DNA from: an uncultured Chloroflexia bacterium
GTDB taxonomy: Bacteria > Chloroflexota > Limnocylindria > Limnocylindrales > CSP1-4
Direction: 5' to 3'
NCBI GenBank assembly: GCA_963813535.1
Contig: CAWEZH010000002.1
Coordinates: 96,001 to 160,000 of the forward strand
DNA length: 64,000 nt
Shown: piece after piece, positions 1 through 8,963 of the stretch
How the letters are laid out: each line of letters starts with the position of its first letter
How positions within the stretch are numbered: the stretch's first letter is position 1
The notes under the pieces: model-generated
What the model was told of the DNA's origin: nothing
Database searches by the model: none
Seen by the model: only the letters and a program-made list of their open reading frames with translations
Position numbers and translations under genes: made by a program

Positions 1-353
1 TGCTCCGGTCGCTCGAGACGCGGATGGACAACGTCGTCTACCGGTCCGGCTTCGCACCGTCCCGCGCGGCCGCCCGCCAGCTCGTCACCCACGGGCACTT
101 CGCGGTGAATGGCGTCCCGACGAACATCCCCTCGTACCAGCTGAAGCCCGGCGACAAGGTCGAGGTCCGCGAGATCCGGCGCGGCCGCGAGCCGTTCAAG
201 GTCGCCAAGGAGACGCTGCGCAATCATCAGGCACCCGAATGGCTGTCCGTCGACGCGGAGAAGCTGGCCGGGTCCATCGTCACGCCGCCCACGCGCGACC
301 AGATGCCGCTCGATCTCAACGAGCAGCTCGTGGTCGAGTACTACTCGAGGTAA
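1..353 (+). CDS. rpsD: 30S ribosomal protein S4 (5'-truncated by window)
   Basis: LETRMDNVVYR..SRAAARQLVTHGH..NEQLVVEYYSR are S4 motifs; frame is open to the window edge; directly upstream of rpoA. Confidence 0.98.
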   Translation, partial: LRSLETRMDNVVYRSGFAPSRAAARQLVTHGHFAVNGVPTNIPSYQLKPGDKVEVREIRRGREPFKVAKETLRNHQAPEWLSVDAEKLAGSIVTPPTRDQMPLDLNEQLVVEYYSR

Positions 354-363
354 CTGGCCCCAT

Positions 364-1356
364 ATGATCGAACAACTCGAGAACCCGCAGATCGAGTCAG
401 TCGAGGAAGTCGGCACGTACGCCAAGTACGAGGCCGGTCCTCTCCAGGCTGGCTATGGCGTCACCCTCGGCAACGCGCTCCGACGGGTCCTGCTGTCGTC
501 GCTCGAAGGCGCGGCGGTCACGAGCATCCAGATCCGCGACGTTTACCAGGAGTTCTCGACGATCCCGGGCGTCAAGGAAGACGTCACCCAGATCGTCCTG
601 AACGTCAAGAAGCTCCGGCTCAAGAGCTTCGCCGCCCACCCCGTCCAACTCCGCCTCATCAAGAGCGGTGCCGGCGCGGTAACGGCCTCGGACGTCGCCG
701 AGTCGGCCGACGTCGAGATCATCAACCCCGACCTCGTCCTCATGACGATCGACACCGACGACGTGACGATCGAGATGGATCTCACGGTCGAGCGCGGCGT
801 CGGCTATCTCGGCGCCGAGCGTGCCGAGGCGCTGCCGATCGGCGTGATCGCGGTCGACGCGATCTTCACGCCCGTCCGCAAGGTCAACTACTGGGTCGAG
901 AGCATGCGGGTGGGTCAGATGACCAACTTCGACAAGCTCACGATCGAGATCGAGACCGACGGGACGATCAGCCCGGAGGAGGCGCTCAGCCGGTCGGCCG
1001 AGGTCCTCGTCAACCAGTTCCGCCCATTCGTCACGGTCGGCATGGCAGCCGTGCCGGCCGCGGCGGCCACGGGCGTCGCTGCGCTCCCGCCGAACATGCT
1101 CGACATGCCCATCGAGGAGCTCGACCTCCCGATGCGGGCCTACAACTCGCTCAAGCGCAACAACATCGTCAAGGTCGGCCAGCTCCTGCAGCTCAAGGAC
1201 GATGACCTGCTGCGCATGCGCAACTTCGGCAAGAAGTCGCTCGACGAGATGAAGGAGCGCCTCCGGATGCGCGGCTTCATCGTTCCGGACGCGGAGGGCG
1301 ACGGCCTCGACGATCTCGACGGCGACGAGCCGTTCGGGGACGAGACCGAGGACTGA
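364..1356 (+). CDS. rpoA: RNA polymerase subunit alpha
   Basis: GYGVTLGNALRRVLLSS, GVKEDV, DAIFTPVRKV, RNFGKKSLDE motifs. Confidence 0.99.
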   Translation: MIEQLENPQIESVEEVGTYAKYEAGPLQAGYGVTLGNALRRVLLSSLEGAAVTSIQIRDVYQEFSTIPGVKEDVTQIVLNVKKLRLKSFAAHPVQLRLIKSGAGAVTASDVAESADVEIINPDLVLMTIDTDDVTIEMDLTVERGVGYLGAERAEALPIGVIAVDAIFTPVRKVNYWVESMRVGQMTNFDKLTIEIETDGTISPEEALSRSAEVLVNQFRPFVTVGMAAVPAAAATGVAALPPNMLDMPIEELDLPMRAYNSLKRNNIVKVGQLLQLKDDDLLRMRNFGKKSLDEMKERLRMRGFIVPDAEGDGLDDLDGDEPFGDETED

Positions 1357-1357
1357 C

Positions 1358-1711
1358 GTGGCGCATCGGATCGGCGGTCGCAAGCTCAGCCGCAAGCAGG
1401 GGCCGCGCCTCAGCCTGTTCAAGAACCTGACCGTGTCGGTCCTGCGCTACGAGCGGGTCAAGACCACCGAGGCGAAGGCCAAGGAGATCAGCGGTCGCGT
1501 GGAGAAGGTCATCACGCTGGCCAAGCGCGGCGACCTCGCCGCTCGCCGAGCCGTCGTCGCCCAGTTCCCCAACGAACCACTCGTCGTCAACAAGCTGTTC
1601 GACGAGATCGCGCCCAAATACGCGGACAGGACGTCGGGTTTCACCCGCATCGTCCGCATCGGTCAGCGCCGCGGTGACGCCGCGGAGATCGTCCAGATCG
1701 AACTCGTCTAA
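1358..1711 (+). CDS. rplQ: 50S ribosomal protein L17
   Basis: KTTEAKAKE and GFTRIVRIGQRRGDAA motifs; follows rpoA. Confidence 0.98.
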   Translation: MAHRIGGRKLSRKQGPRLSLFKNLTVSVLRYERVKTTEAKAKEISGRVEKVITLAKRGDLAARRAVVAQFPNEPLVVNKLFDEIAPKYADRTSGFTRIVRIGQRRGDAAEIVQIELV

Positions 1712-1730
1712 ACGAAGCACGCTCGAGAGG

Positions 1731-2507
1731 GTGTCACCGACGCGCTATCGCGCGACGGTCGAATATGACGGAACGGACTTTGCGGGGTTCCAAGTGAACC
1801 CCGGGAAGCGCACCGTTCAGGGGGTCCTGGAAGACGCGCTGGCGCGCCTCGGTGACGGGGTGGTCCGGCGGGTCGACGGGGCCGGTCGCACGGACGCCGG
1901 CGTCCACGCAGCGGGACAGGTGATCGCCTTCTCGTACGGGGGCCGCCTCACGGCGACGGAGCTCGGTGCGGCCCTCGAGGCGATCCTGCCTCGGGACGTC
2001 GCGGTCCGGGACATCCGCCCGGCAGTCGACGGGTTCAACCCCCGCTACGCGGCGCGGTACCGGGAATACCGCTACACCGTCTGGAACGGGCCGCCAAGCC
2101 CGCTTCGCGAGCGCACGGCGCTCGGGCTGCGGGACCCACTCGACGCCGCCGCGATGGCACGAGCCGCGTCGGCCTTCATCGGCCGGCACGACTTCCGAGC
2201 CTTCGGAGCGGGGGACCGATCCCCGGTCCGGACCGTCATGGCGGTCCGGGTCCGACGGTCGGGCCGGTACGTCACCGTCGACGTCCGGGCCGACTCGTTC
2301 CTCCGGGGACAGGTCAGACGGATGGTCGGCCTCCTGTTGGAGGTCGGTCTCGGGACGTCGGGTAGCGAGTCGATCCGGGCGGCACTGGCCGACCCGGGAT
2401 CGGCGACGAAGCCGCCGGCAGCGCCGGCGAAAGGATTGTGCCTCCGGCACGTGGCCCTCGGGCGACGGACCGGCGATGAAACGAACGGAGAACGCGAGCA
2501 ACGATGA
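1731..2507 (+). CDS. truA: tRNA pseudouridine(38-40) synthase
   Basis: [21 protein letters not shown] catalytic motif, [20 protein letters not shown]; GTG start at 1731 inferred. Confidence 0.96.
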   Translation: MSPTRYRATVEYDGTDFAGFQVNPGKRTVQGVLEDALARLGDGVVRRVDGAGRTDAGVHAAGQVIAFSYGGRLTATELGAALEAILPRDVAVRDIRPAVDGFNPRYAARYREYRYTVWNGPPSPLRERTALGLRDPLDAAAMARAASAFIGRHDFRAFGAGDRSPVRTVMAVRVRRSGRYVTVDVRADSFLRGQVRRMVGLLLEVGLGTSGSESIRAALADPGSATKPPAAPAKGLCLRHVALGRRTGDETNGEREQR

Positions 2508-2935
2508 ACGCGAAGACCATAGCGGTCCGAGAGAGCGAGATCGAGCGACGCTGGTACGTCGTGGATGCGGCCGACCAGACGCTCGGCCGGCTCGCGTCGC
2601 GCATCGCTCGCGTCCTCGAGGGCAAGCACAAGCCGACCTACCAGCCCAATCTCGACTCCGGCGATCACGTCATCGTGCTGAACGCAAAGAAGATCGCCGT
2701 CACCAGCGACAAGCTCGAAAGCAAGGTCTACGCCCGCCACAGCGGCTATCCGCAGGGCTTCAAGGAGGAGACGCTCGGTCACCTCCTCGAGCGGCGCCCC
2801 GAGGAGGTCATCCGTCGCGCGGTGAAGGGCATGCTGCCGCACAACAGTCTCGGCGCCCAGCAGCTGCGCAAGCTGAAGGTCTATGCCGGTGCCGACCATC
2901 CCCATCAGGCTCAGCAGCCTGAGCCGCTCGCCTGA
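2504..2935 (+). CDS. rplM: 50S ribosomal protein L13
   Basis: [35 protein letters not shown]. Confidence 0.99.
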   Translation: MNAKTIAVRESEIERRWYVVDAADQTLGRLASRIARVLEGKHKPTYQPNLDSGDHVIVLNAKKIAVTSDKLESKVYARHSGYPQGFKEETLGHLLERRPEEVIRRAVKGMLPHNSLGAQQLRKLKVYAGADHPHQAQQPEPLA

Positions 2936-2952
2936 CGAGGAGCGAAACGACG

Positions 2953-3351
2953 ATGTCCATCCCTGCGTTCTATTCCGGGACCGGCCGCCGCAAGACGGCG
3001 ATCGCCCGCGTCCGCCTCCTGCCCGGCGAGGGTGAGATCGTCGTGAACGGTCGATCGCTCGACGAGCACTTCGGCAACGCCGTCAACGAGGCCGATGTCC
3101 GGATGCCATTCCGGGTGACCGGCACAGAGGGCCGCTTCAACGCGATGATCAAGGTCGAGGGTGGCGGCGTGACCGGCCAGGCCGGCGCGATCCGCCACGG
3201 TATCGCCCGAGCCCTGCTCGAGGTGGATGAGGCGACCAACCGCGTGCCGCTGCGCCAGGCAGGCCTGCTGACGCGCGATCCGCGCATGAAGGAGCGCAAG
3301 AAGTACGGGCTCAAGCGAGCCCGCAAGGCGCCCCAGTACACCAAGCGCTAG
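2953..3351 (+). CDS. rpsI: 30S ribosomal protein S9
   Basis: [50 protein letters not shown]. Confidence 0.99.
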   Translation: MSIPAFYSGTGRRKTAIARVRLLPGEGEIVVNGRSLDEHFGNAVNEADVRMPFRVTGTEGRFNAMIKVEGGGVTGQAGAIRHGIARALLEVDEATNRVPLRQAGLLTRDPRMKERKKYGLKRARKAPQYTKR

Positions 3352-3470
3352 CGCGGCGCGCTGCGCGCCGATCGCGGCGTTGCCGACTGCGGGCGCTCGC
3401 TCACGGACATCAGAGTCCGCTCGCTCACGTCCTCGCCGGCGCCTTGCGCTCGACACGCATCGCGCCGCGC
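3351..3470. repeat. imperfect palindromic intergenic element (REP/MITE-like or terminator region)
   Basis: GCGCGGCG (3351) pairs with CGCCGCGC (ending 3470); inner CGGAC-ATCAGA-GTCCG hairpin; CGCTCGCTCACG occurs twice; GGCGTTG...GCGCCTTG frame. Confidence 0.45.
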
Positions 3471-3539
3471 TCGATCGACCGCGCTCCCAGGACCATCCGG
3501 GGGTGCCGCGGTAGCGATATCGCCCAGTAGAGTGAGCGG

Positions 3540-4505
3540 GTGATGAGCGTCGAGGGGCCACCCACCTCCCTCCGCGGCCGCGATCTCCTGAGCGCGGCGG
3601 ATCTCAGCGCGGCGGACGTCGGGCAAGTCTTCGACACGGCCACCCGGCTCAAGGACGAGTTCCGAGCCGACCGGCGCCACGCCGAGAAGCTGCTCACCGG
3701 GCGGACGCTGGCGATGCTCTTCCAGAAGCCGAGCCTGCGGACGCGGGTCACGTTCGAGGCGGGCATGACCCAGCTCGGTGGCGCGGCGATCTATCTCCCC
3801 GAGGACGCCGTGATGGGCGCCCGCGAGGCGGTGCGCGACGTCGCCCGCAACCTCGAGCGGTTCGTCGATGCCATCGTGGCCCGGACCGGTCCCCACGAGG
3901 TGGTGCTCGAGCTCGCGGCCCAGTCCTCGGTGCCCGTGATCAACGGCCTGACGCTCCGCGAACATCCCTGCCAGGCCCTCGCCGACATCTTCACGATCCG
4001 CGAGCACCTGGGCCGGCTGGACGGGGCCGTCATCACGTTCGTCGGTGACGGCAACAACGTGTACCACTCGCTGGCGCTCGTCGCGGCCGCCTTCGGCATG
4101 GAGGTCCGGCTCGCGCACCCGACCGGGTACGGACCGGATCCCCGGATCGTGGCGGCTGCCCAGGCCCGCGCCGCCGAGTCGGGCGGGCGACTCGTCTTCG
4201 GCCAGGAACCGGAGGAGCTCGTCCACGGCGCGGCCGTGGTCTACACCGATGCCTGGACGTCGATGGGCCAGGAAGTCGAGACCGAGGCGCGGCGCGATGC
4301 GTTCGCGGCCTATCGGATCGACGACGCGTTGATGGATGCCGCCGGTCCCGATGCCGTGGCGATGCACTGCCTGCCCGCCCATCGCGGCGAGGAGATCACG
4401 TCGTCGGTGATGGATGGGCCGCGCAGCCTGATCTTCGAACAATCGGAGAACCGGCTCCACGTGCAGAAGGCACTGCTCGTCGAGCTGATCGGCGCAACGG
4501 CATGA
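3540..4505 (+). CDS. argF: ornithine carbamoyltransferase
   Basis: FQKPSLRTR carbamoyl-phosphate site, HPCQ, VGDGNN, WTSMGQE, MHCLP. Confidence 0.95.
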   Translation: MMSVEGPPTSLRGRDLLSAADLSAADVGQVFDTATRLKDEFRADRRHAEKLLTGRTLAMLFQKPSLRTRVTFEAGMTQLGGAAIYLPEDAVMGAREAVRDVARNLERFVDAIVARTGPHEVVLELAAQSSVPVINGLTLREHPCQALADIFTIREHLGRLDGAVITFVGDGNNVYHSLALVAAAFGMEVRLAHPTGYGPDPRIVAAAQARAAESGGRLVFGQEPEELVHGAAVVYTDAWTSMGQEVETEARRDAFAAYRIDDALMDAAGPDAVAMHCLPAHRGEEITSSVMDGPRSLIFEQSENRLHVQKALLVELIGATA

Positions 4506-5389
4506 CCGACGCCCTGTACGAGCGCTACAAGGAGGCCCTGCGGCGCGGGCATGTCGCGAACCAGCGCGGCCGCCACGACGAGGCCCTCGATGCGTACGGC
4601 GAGGCGGCGCGTCTCGCCCCGGACCGGGCCCTACCACTGGTCGGCATCGGGCAGGTCCTGGTTCGACTCGGCAAGTCGACGGAGGCGCTCTCGGCGTTCG
4701 ACCTCGCGTTGGAGCGGGCACCCACCGACGAGACCGCGTTGCGTGGCCGCGCCGACACGCTGGTGGCGCTCGGTGACCGTATCCGTGCCGCCGCAGCATT
4801 CGACGAAGCCGCGGCGGTCGCCCTGGCGGCCGGTCGACCCGGTGACGCCCTCGATCTCGCGGGCCGGGCGCTGGACCTGGCCGAGGCGCGCAGCCGCCGC
4901 GCGACGCTGCGCTCGATGGTCGAGACGATCGAGGCGGACCCGGTCACGGCCGCGGTCATCCCCGACGCGCTCGATCGGGCGAACGCCCGGCTGGCCGGAC
5001 CCATCGGACCTGAGGCACCGCCCCCGCCGCCGCCGTTCGACCCGGCAGCGGCCATGGCCGCGGTGGAGGATGCCGCCGCGCGCCGTGACGCGGATGGCAC
5101 CCGGGAGGCAGCACTCGCCGCGGCGCACGGCTATCGCGCCGGTGGTCAGGTCCATGCCGCCATCGACGTCTGCTACCAGGCGCTCGCGACGAACCCGTCG
5201 GACACGGCCCTGCATCTGGTCCTCGCCGATCTGTACCTCGACCGTGGTTGGCGGACCGTCGCTGCCGACAAGCTCGTGCTGCTCTCGCACCTCGTCGACC
5301 TCTCGACGGATCGCGAGACGCGCGACCGACTCTGCGAGGTCGCCACCCGCGTGCCCGACGACACGCGCCTGGAGAGCATCTGCGCCTGA
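4502..5389 (+). CDS. tetratricopeptide-repeat protein
   Basis: Repeated TPR-like helix pairs (A..AY.EA.RLAP, AL.AF..AL...P) with a Pro-rich linker; ATGA overlap with argF. Confidence 0.8.
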   Translation: MTDALYERYKEALRRGHVANQRGRHDEALDAYGEAARLAPDRALPLVGIGQVLVRLGKSTEALSAFDLALERAPTDETALRGRADTLVALGDRIRAAAAFDEAAAVALAAGRPGDALDLAGRALDLAEARSRRATLRSMVETIEADPVTAAVIPDALDRANARLAGPIGPEAPPPPPPFDPAAAMAAVEDAAARRDADGTREAALAAAHGYRAGGQVHAAIDVCYQALATNPSDTALHLVLADLYLDRGWRTVAADKLVLLSHLVDLSTDRETRDRLCEVATRVPDDTRLESICA

Positions 5390-5442
5390 CTCCGTCGGCC
5401 ATGAGCCGGTCAGGAGGGGGCGCGATGCTACACTGAGGAACG

Positions 5443-6303
5443 ATGTCGGATCTCTTCGGATCGATCCTCGAACAGGTTCGTCTGACGACCATCGTCGACA
5501 TCGGGATCACCTCCCTCCTGATCTACTGGTTGTTCAGCCTCATCCGTGGGACGCGGGCGGTGCGTCTCGTGATCGGCGTGAGCGTCCTGATCGTGGTGTA
5601 CGTGTTGGCGGTCGCCTTCGGGCTCGAGCTGCTGACCCGGATCCTGCAGGGCGGTGCTGTCGTCGGGCTGTTCGCGCTCGTCGTGATCTTCCAACCCGAG
5701 ATCCGCCGCGCCCTGGAGCGGATCGGACGCGTCGGGTCGTTCGGCTGGGTCCTGCCCGGGGCCGATTCACGATCCGTCGACCATGTCGCCAGCGAGGTCG
5801 CCCGGGCCGCTGCCGAGCTGTCGGCCGAGGGTCACGGGGCGCTCATCGTGATGGAGCGCGAGACCGGCCTGGAGGACACGGCCGAGACCGGCGTGATGAT
5901 CCACGGCGACGTCTCGTCCGACCTCATCCGCACGATCTTCGCTCCGCGTACCGCGCTCCATGATGGCGCGGTGATCATCCGCGGCGAGGCGATCCTGGCG
6001 GCCGGCGTGCTGCTGCCCCTCGCCGAGACCACCGTCCAGGCCGAGCGCTTCGGGACGCGCCACCGGGCCGCCCTCGGTATCGCCGAGCAGACCGATGCGA
6101 TCGTGATCGTCGTCTCGGAGGAGAACGGGCAGATCAGCCTGGTCGAGCGGGCGCGCATCGTGCGCAACCTCAACGAGGCGCAGCTCGTGCGGACCATCCG
6201 CCAGCTCATGGATCCGACCCACGGTCGCCGCCGGCGTGCCCTCAGCGCCTGGCGGTCCACGGCCGAGCCGACCTCCACCTCGGCGGTACGAGCCCCGCGG
6301 TGA
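5443..6303 (+). CDS. cdaA: diadenylate cyclase (c-di-AMP synthase)
   Basis: Three N-terminal TM segments, VIFQPEIRRALE, LHDGA and GTRHRAA catalytic motifs, VVSEENG. Confidence 0.96.
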   Translation: MSDLFGSILEQVRLTTIVDIGITSLLIYWLFSLIRGTRAVRLVIGVSVLIVVYVLAVAFGLELLTRILQGGAVVGLFALVVIFQPEIRRALERIGRVGSFGWVLPGADSRSVDHVASEVARAAAELSAEGHGALIVMERETGLEDTAETGVMIHGDVSSDLIRTIFAPRTALHDGAVIIRGEAILAAGVLLPLAETTVQAERFGTRHRAALGIAEQTDAIVIVVSEENGQISLVERARIVRNLNEAQLVRTIRQLMDPTHGRRRRALSAWRSTAEPTSTSAVRAPR

Positions 6304-7520
6304 CCCGAGCCTTCGGGGTCCTCGTCCACAACTGGCCCCTCAAACTCGCAGCGATCGGACTCGCCTCGTTGCTGTACGGCGGCCTGGTGCTGTCGCAGAG
6401 CTCGGCCACGTTGACCGGGGTCGTGCGGGTCGACGTGCGCGAGCAGCCGCCCGACACGTTCCTGCTCACGACGATCCGGCCGGTCACCGAGATCCGCTAC
6501 TTCAGCCCGTCGAACGTCCGCCCCATCTCGTCCGACTTCGAGGCATGGGTCGACCTCAGCGACGTCGCGCCGGGCAGTGGGCGGCAGAGCGTCCCGGTCC
6601 AGCTGCGCTCGATCGACCCACGCGTCCGCGTCCTCGGGTTCGAGCCCCAGAACGCGACCGTCGAGCTCGATAGCGTTGGAACCAAGACCGTCCCGGTCCA
6701 GATCGATCACGGCGATGCCCCGCCGAACATGACGTTGGGTGCCGCGACGTCCGATCCGTCAGACGTCAGCGTCATCGGACCCGAGTCGGTGCTCGGTCGC
6801 GTGGTGGCCGCCCGCGCCAGCGTGATCATCCAGCCGTCCGGCCTCGACGTCGCCGAGGACGTCGAGCTCCTCGCGGTCGACAGCGTCGGCGACGTCGTGC
6901 CGCAGGTCCGGGTCGAACCCGCCACGGCGCACATCGATATCTCGGTGATCTCGAAGCTCCAGTCGAAGACCTTGCCGGTCAGTCCGCAGATCACGGGCTC
7001 GCCGGCGGCCGGCTACGAGGTGGTCTCGGCCAGCGTGGAACCCCTGTTCGTCACCGTCGAGGGCGATGCGGACGAGCTCGAAGTCCTCGCGAGCGCGGAC
7101 ACCCAGCCCATCCCGATCGCCGGCTACTCTGCGTCGCGGACCGTGGAGGTCGGGCTGGCCCTGCCGACGGGCGTCATCGCCGTCGACGCGCAGCAGGTCG
7201 CGGTGACCGTCGACGTCCGGGCGGTGACCGGTACCCGGAGCTTCGAGGTGGGTGTCCGGACCCTCGGCGTGAAGCCCGAGTACGAGTACGGGGTCGCCGT
7301 CGACCGCGTGCTGCTCACGGTCGGCGGCAGTCCCGCCGACCTCGACCGGATCGTGGGCGCCACGCTCGCTGCGGACCTCGACGTCTCGTCGCTGGGGCCC
7401 GGTACGACGAATGTCACGGTCAAAGCGACATTGCCGGCTGGGGTCACGCTCGCCGCCGCCAGTCCGCCACAGGTCGCCGTCACGGTGACCGTCCGTCCCA
7501 GCCCACCACCGCCGGCCTGA
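6300..7520 (+). CDS. cdaR: CdaR/YbbR-like regulator
   Basis: NWPLKLAAI N-terminal anchor, repeated beta-rich YbbR-like units, position between cdaA and glmM. Confidence 0.88.
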   Translation: MTRAFGVLVHNWPLKLAAIGLASLLYGGLVLSQSSATLTGVVRVDVREQPPDTFLLTTIRPVTEIRYFSPSNVRPISSDFEAWVDLSDVAPGSGRQSVPVQLRSIDPRVRVLGFEPQNATVELDSVGTKTVPVQIDHGDAPPNMTLGAATSDPSDVSVIGPESVLGRVVAARASVIIQPSGLDVAEDVELLAVDSVGDVVPQVRVEPATAHIDISVISKLQSKTLPVSPQITGSPAAGYEVVSASVEPLFVTVEGDADELEVLASADTQPIPIAGYSASRTVEVGLALPTGVIAVDAQQVAVTVDVRAVTGTRSFEVGVRTLGVKPEYEYGVAVDRVLLTVGGSPADLDRIVGATLAADLDVSSLGPGTTNVTVKATLPAGVTLAAASPPQVAVTVTVRPSPPPPA

Positions 7521-7524
7521 CGGG

Positions 7525-8856
7525 ATGGGACGGCTGTTCGGCACGGATGGGATCCGTGGGGTTGCCAACGTCGACCTGCGGCCGACGACGGCCTATGCAC
7601 TCGGCCGGGCGACCGCCAAGCGGCTCGCCGAACCGGGATCCGCCATCGTCCTCGGCCAGGACACGCGCCGATCAGGTGACATGTTCGTCGCCGCCATCGT
7701 GGCCGGCGCGACGAGTCTCGGGGTCGACGTCCATGTCGTCGGCGTCGTCCCGACGCCGGCGCTGGCGTTCCTGGCACGCTCCGGGCCCTACCGCGCAGGG
7801 ATCATGGTGTCGGCCTCGCACAACCCCGCCGACGACAACGGGCTCAAGGTGCTCGATGCCGATGGCCTCAAGCTCGACAATTCGATCGAAGACGAGCTCG
7901 AGGACATGATCTGGCACGAGGCCGAGCTCGGCGGGGTCGGCAACGCGGAGCTCGGTCGGCGGATCGATGCCGCCGAGACGCTCGTGTCGTACATGGATCA
8001 CCGTCGCGGGCTCGCGGGCTCGATCGATGCCAGCGGCATTCACATCGTCCTCGACGGGGCGAACGGCTCCGGCGGCGCGGTTGGCGCGACGATCCTCGAG
8101 ACGACCGGCGCCCGCGTCGAGGCCATCCACGTCGACCCCGACGGGGTCAACATCAACGTCGAGTCGGGGGCGACCTCGCCGGCCGCCCTTGCCCGAGCGG
8201 TCATCGAGCGCGGCGCCGACGTCGGTTTCGCTCTCGACGGCGACGCCGACCGGTTGATCGCGGTCGATGGCGGCGGTCGCATCGTCGACGGTGACCAGGT
8301 GCTCGGGATCCTCGCGCTCGAGCGGCTCGAGCGGAACGCGCTGCCCGGCGGGCTGGTCGTCTCCGTCTTGTCGAATGGCGGCCTCCAGAGCGCGGTCGAG
8401 TCCGCCGGTGGCGAGGTCGTGCGGACGCCCGTCGGCGACAAGTACATCCTCGAGGGAATGCAGGTCGCAGGGGCGACGCTCGGCGGCGAGAAGTCCGGGC
8501 ACGTCATCGTGCTCGAGCACACGACGTCGGGCGATGGCATCGTGACCGCCCTCGAGGTCCTGCGCGTGATGACCAAACGCAACGCGTCGTTGGCGACACT
8601 GGCGGAAGCGATCCCGCTCCTCCCGCAGCAACAGCGGGCGGTCAAGGCTCGTCACAAGGATCAGTGGGAGACAGACCCGACGCTTCGGCGGGCGATCGCC
8701 GACGCCGCAGCCCGTCTTGGCGGCGGTGGACGCGTCCTCGTGCGACCCTCCGGCACCGAGCCCGCGCTGCGGGTCATGGTCGAGGGGCCGGATGAGGCAC
8801 TCGTCACGGAGCTGGCCGACTCGCTCGCGACCCTCGCAGGGGAGCGTCTAAACTAG
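7525..8856 (+). CDS. glmM: phosphoglucosamine mutase
   Basis: LFGTDGIRG, SASHNP, DGDADR, GGEKSGH, RPSGTEP. Confidence 0.97.
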   Translation: MGRLFGTDGIRGVANVDLRPTTAYALGRATAKRLAEPGSAIVLGQDTRRSGDMFVAAIVAGATSLGVDVHVVGVVPTPALAFLARSGPYRAGIMVSASHNPADDNGLKVLDADGLKLDNSIEDELEDMIWHEAELGGVGNAELGRRIDAAETLVSYMDHRRGLAGSIDASGIHIVLDGANGSGGAVGATILETTGARVEAIHVDPDGVNINVESGATSPAALARAVIERGADVGFALDGDADRLIAVDGGGRIVDGDQVLGILALERLERNALPGGLVVSVLSNGGLQSAVESAGGEVVRTPVGDKYILEGMQVAGATLGGEKSGHVIVLEHTTSGDGIVTALEVLRVMTKRNASLATLAEAIPLLPQQQRAVKARHKDQWETDPTLRRAIADAAARLGGGGRVLVRPSGTEPALRVMVEGPDEALVTELADSLATLAGERLN

Positions 8857-8863
8857 GCCGCTT

Positions 8864-8933
8864 AGCGCCACGGGACTCTCCGAGGGCGGAGGCGACGCTC
8901 CCGGGAGCCATCCGCCCGAGGATTTCGATCCTC
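8864..8933 (+). ncRNA. structured glmS leader, candidate divergent glmS ribozyme or other cis-regulatory RNA
   Basis: AGCGCC at 8864, CGAGGGCGGAGG at 8881, stem GGGCGGA/TCCGCCC (8884-8917), hairpin GAGGAT-TTCG-ATCCTC (8918-8933); lies directly upstream of glmS. Confidence 0.35.
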
Positions 8934-8963
8934 CGGATGCAGAATGAACGGAGATCAACGCTG

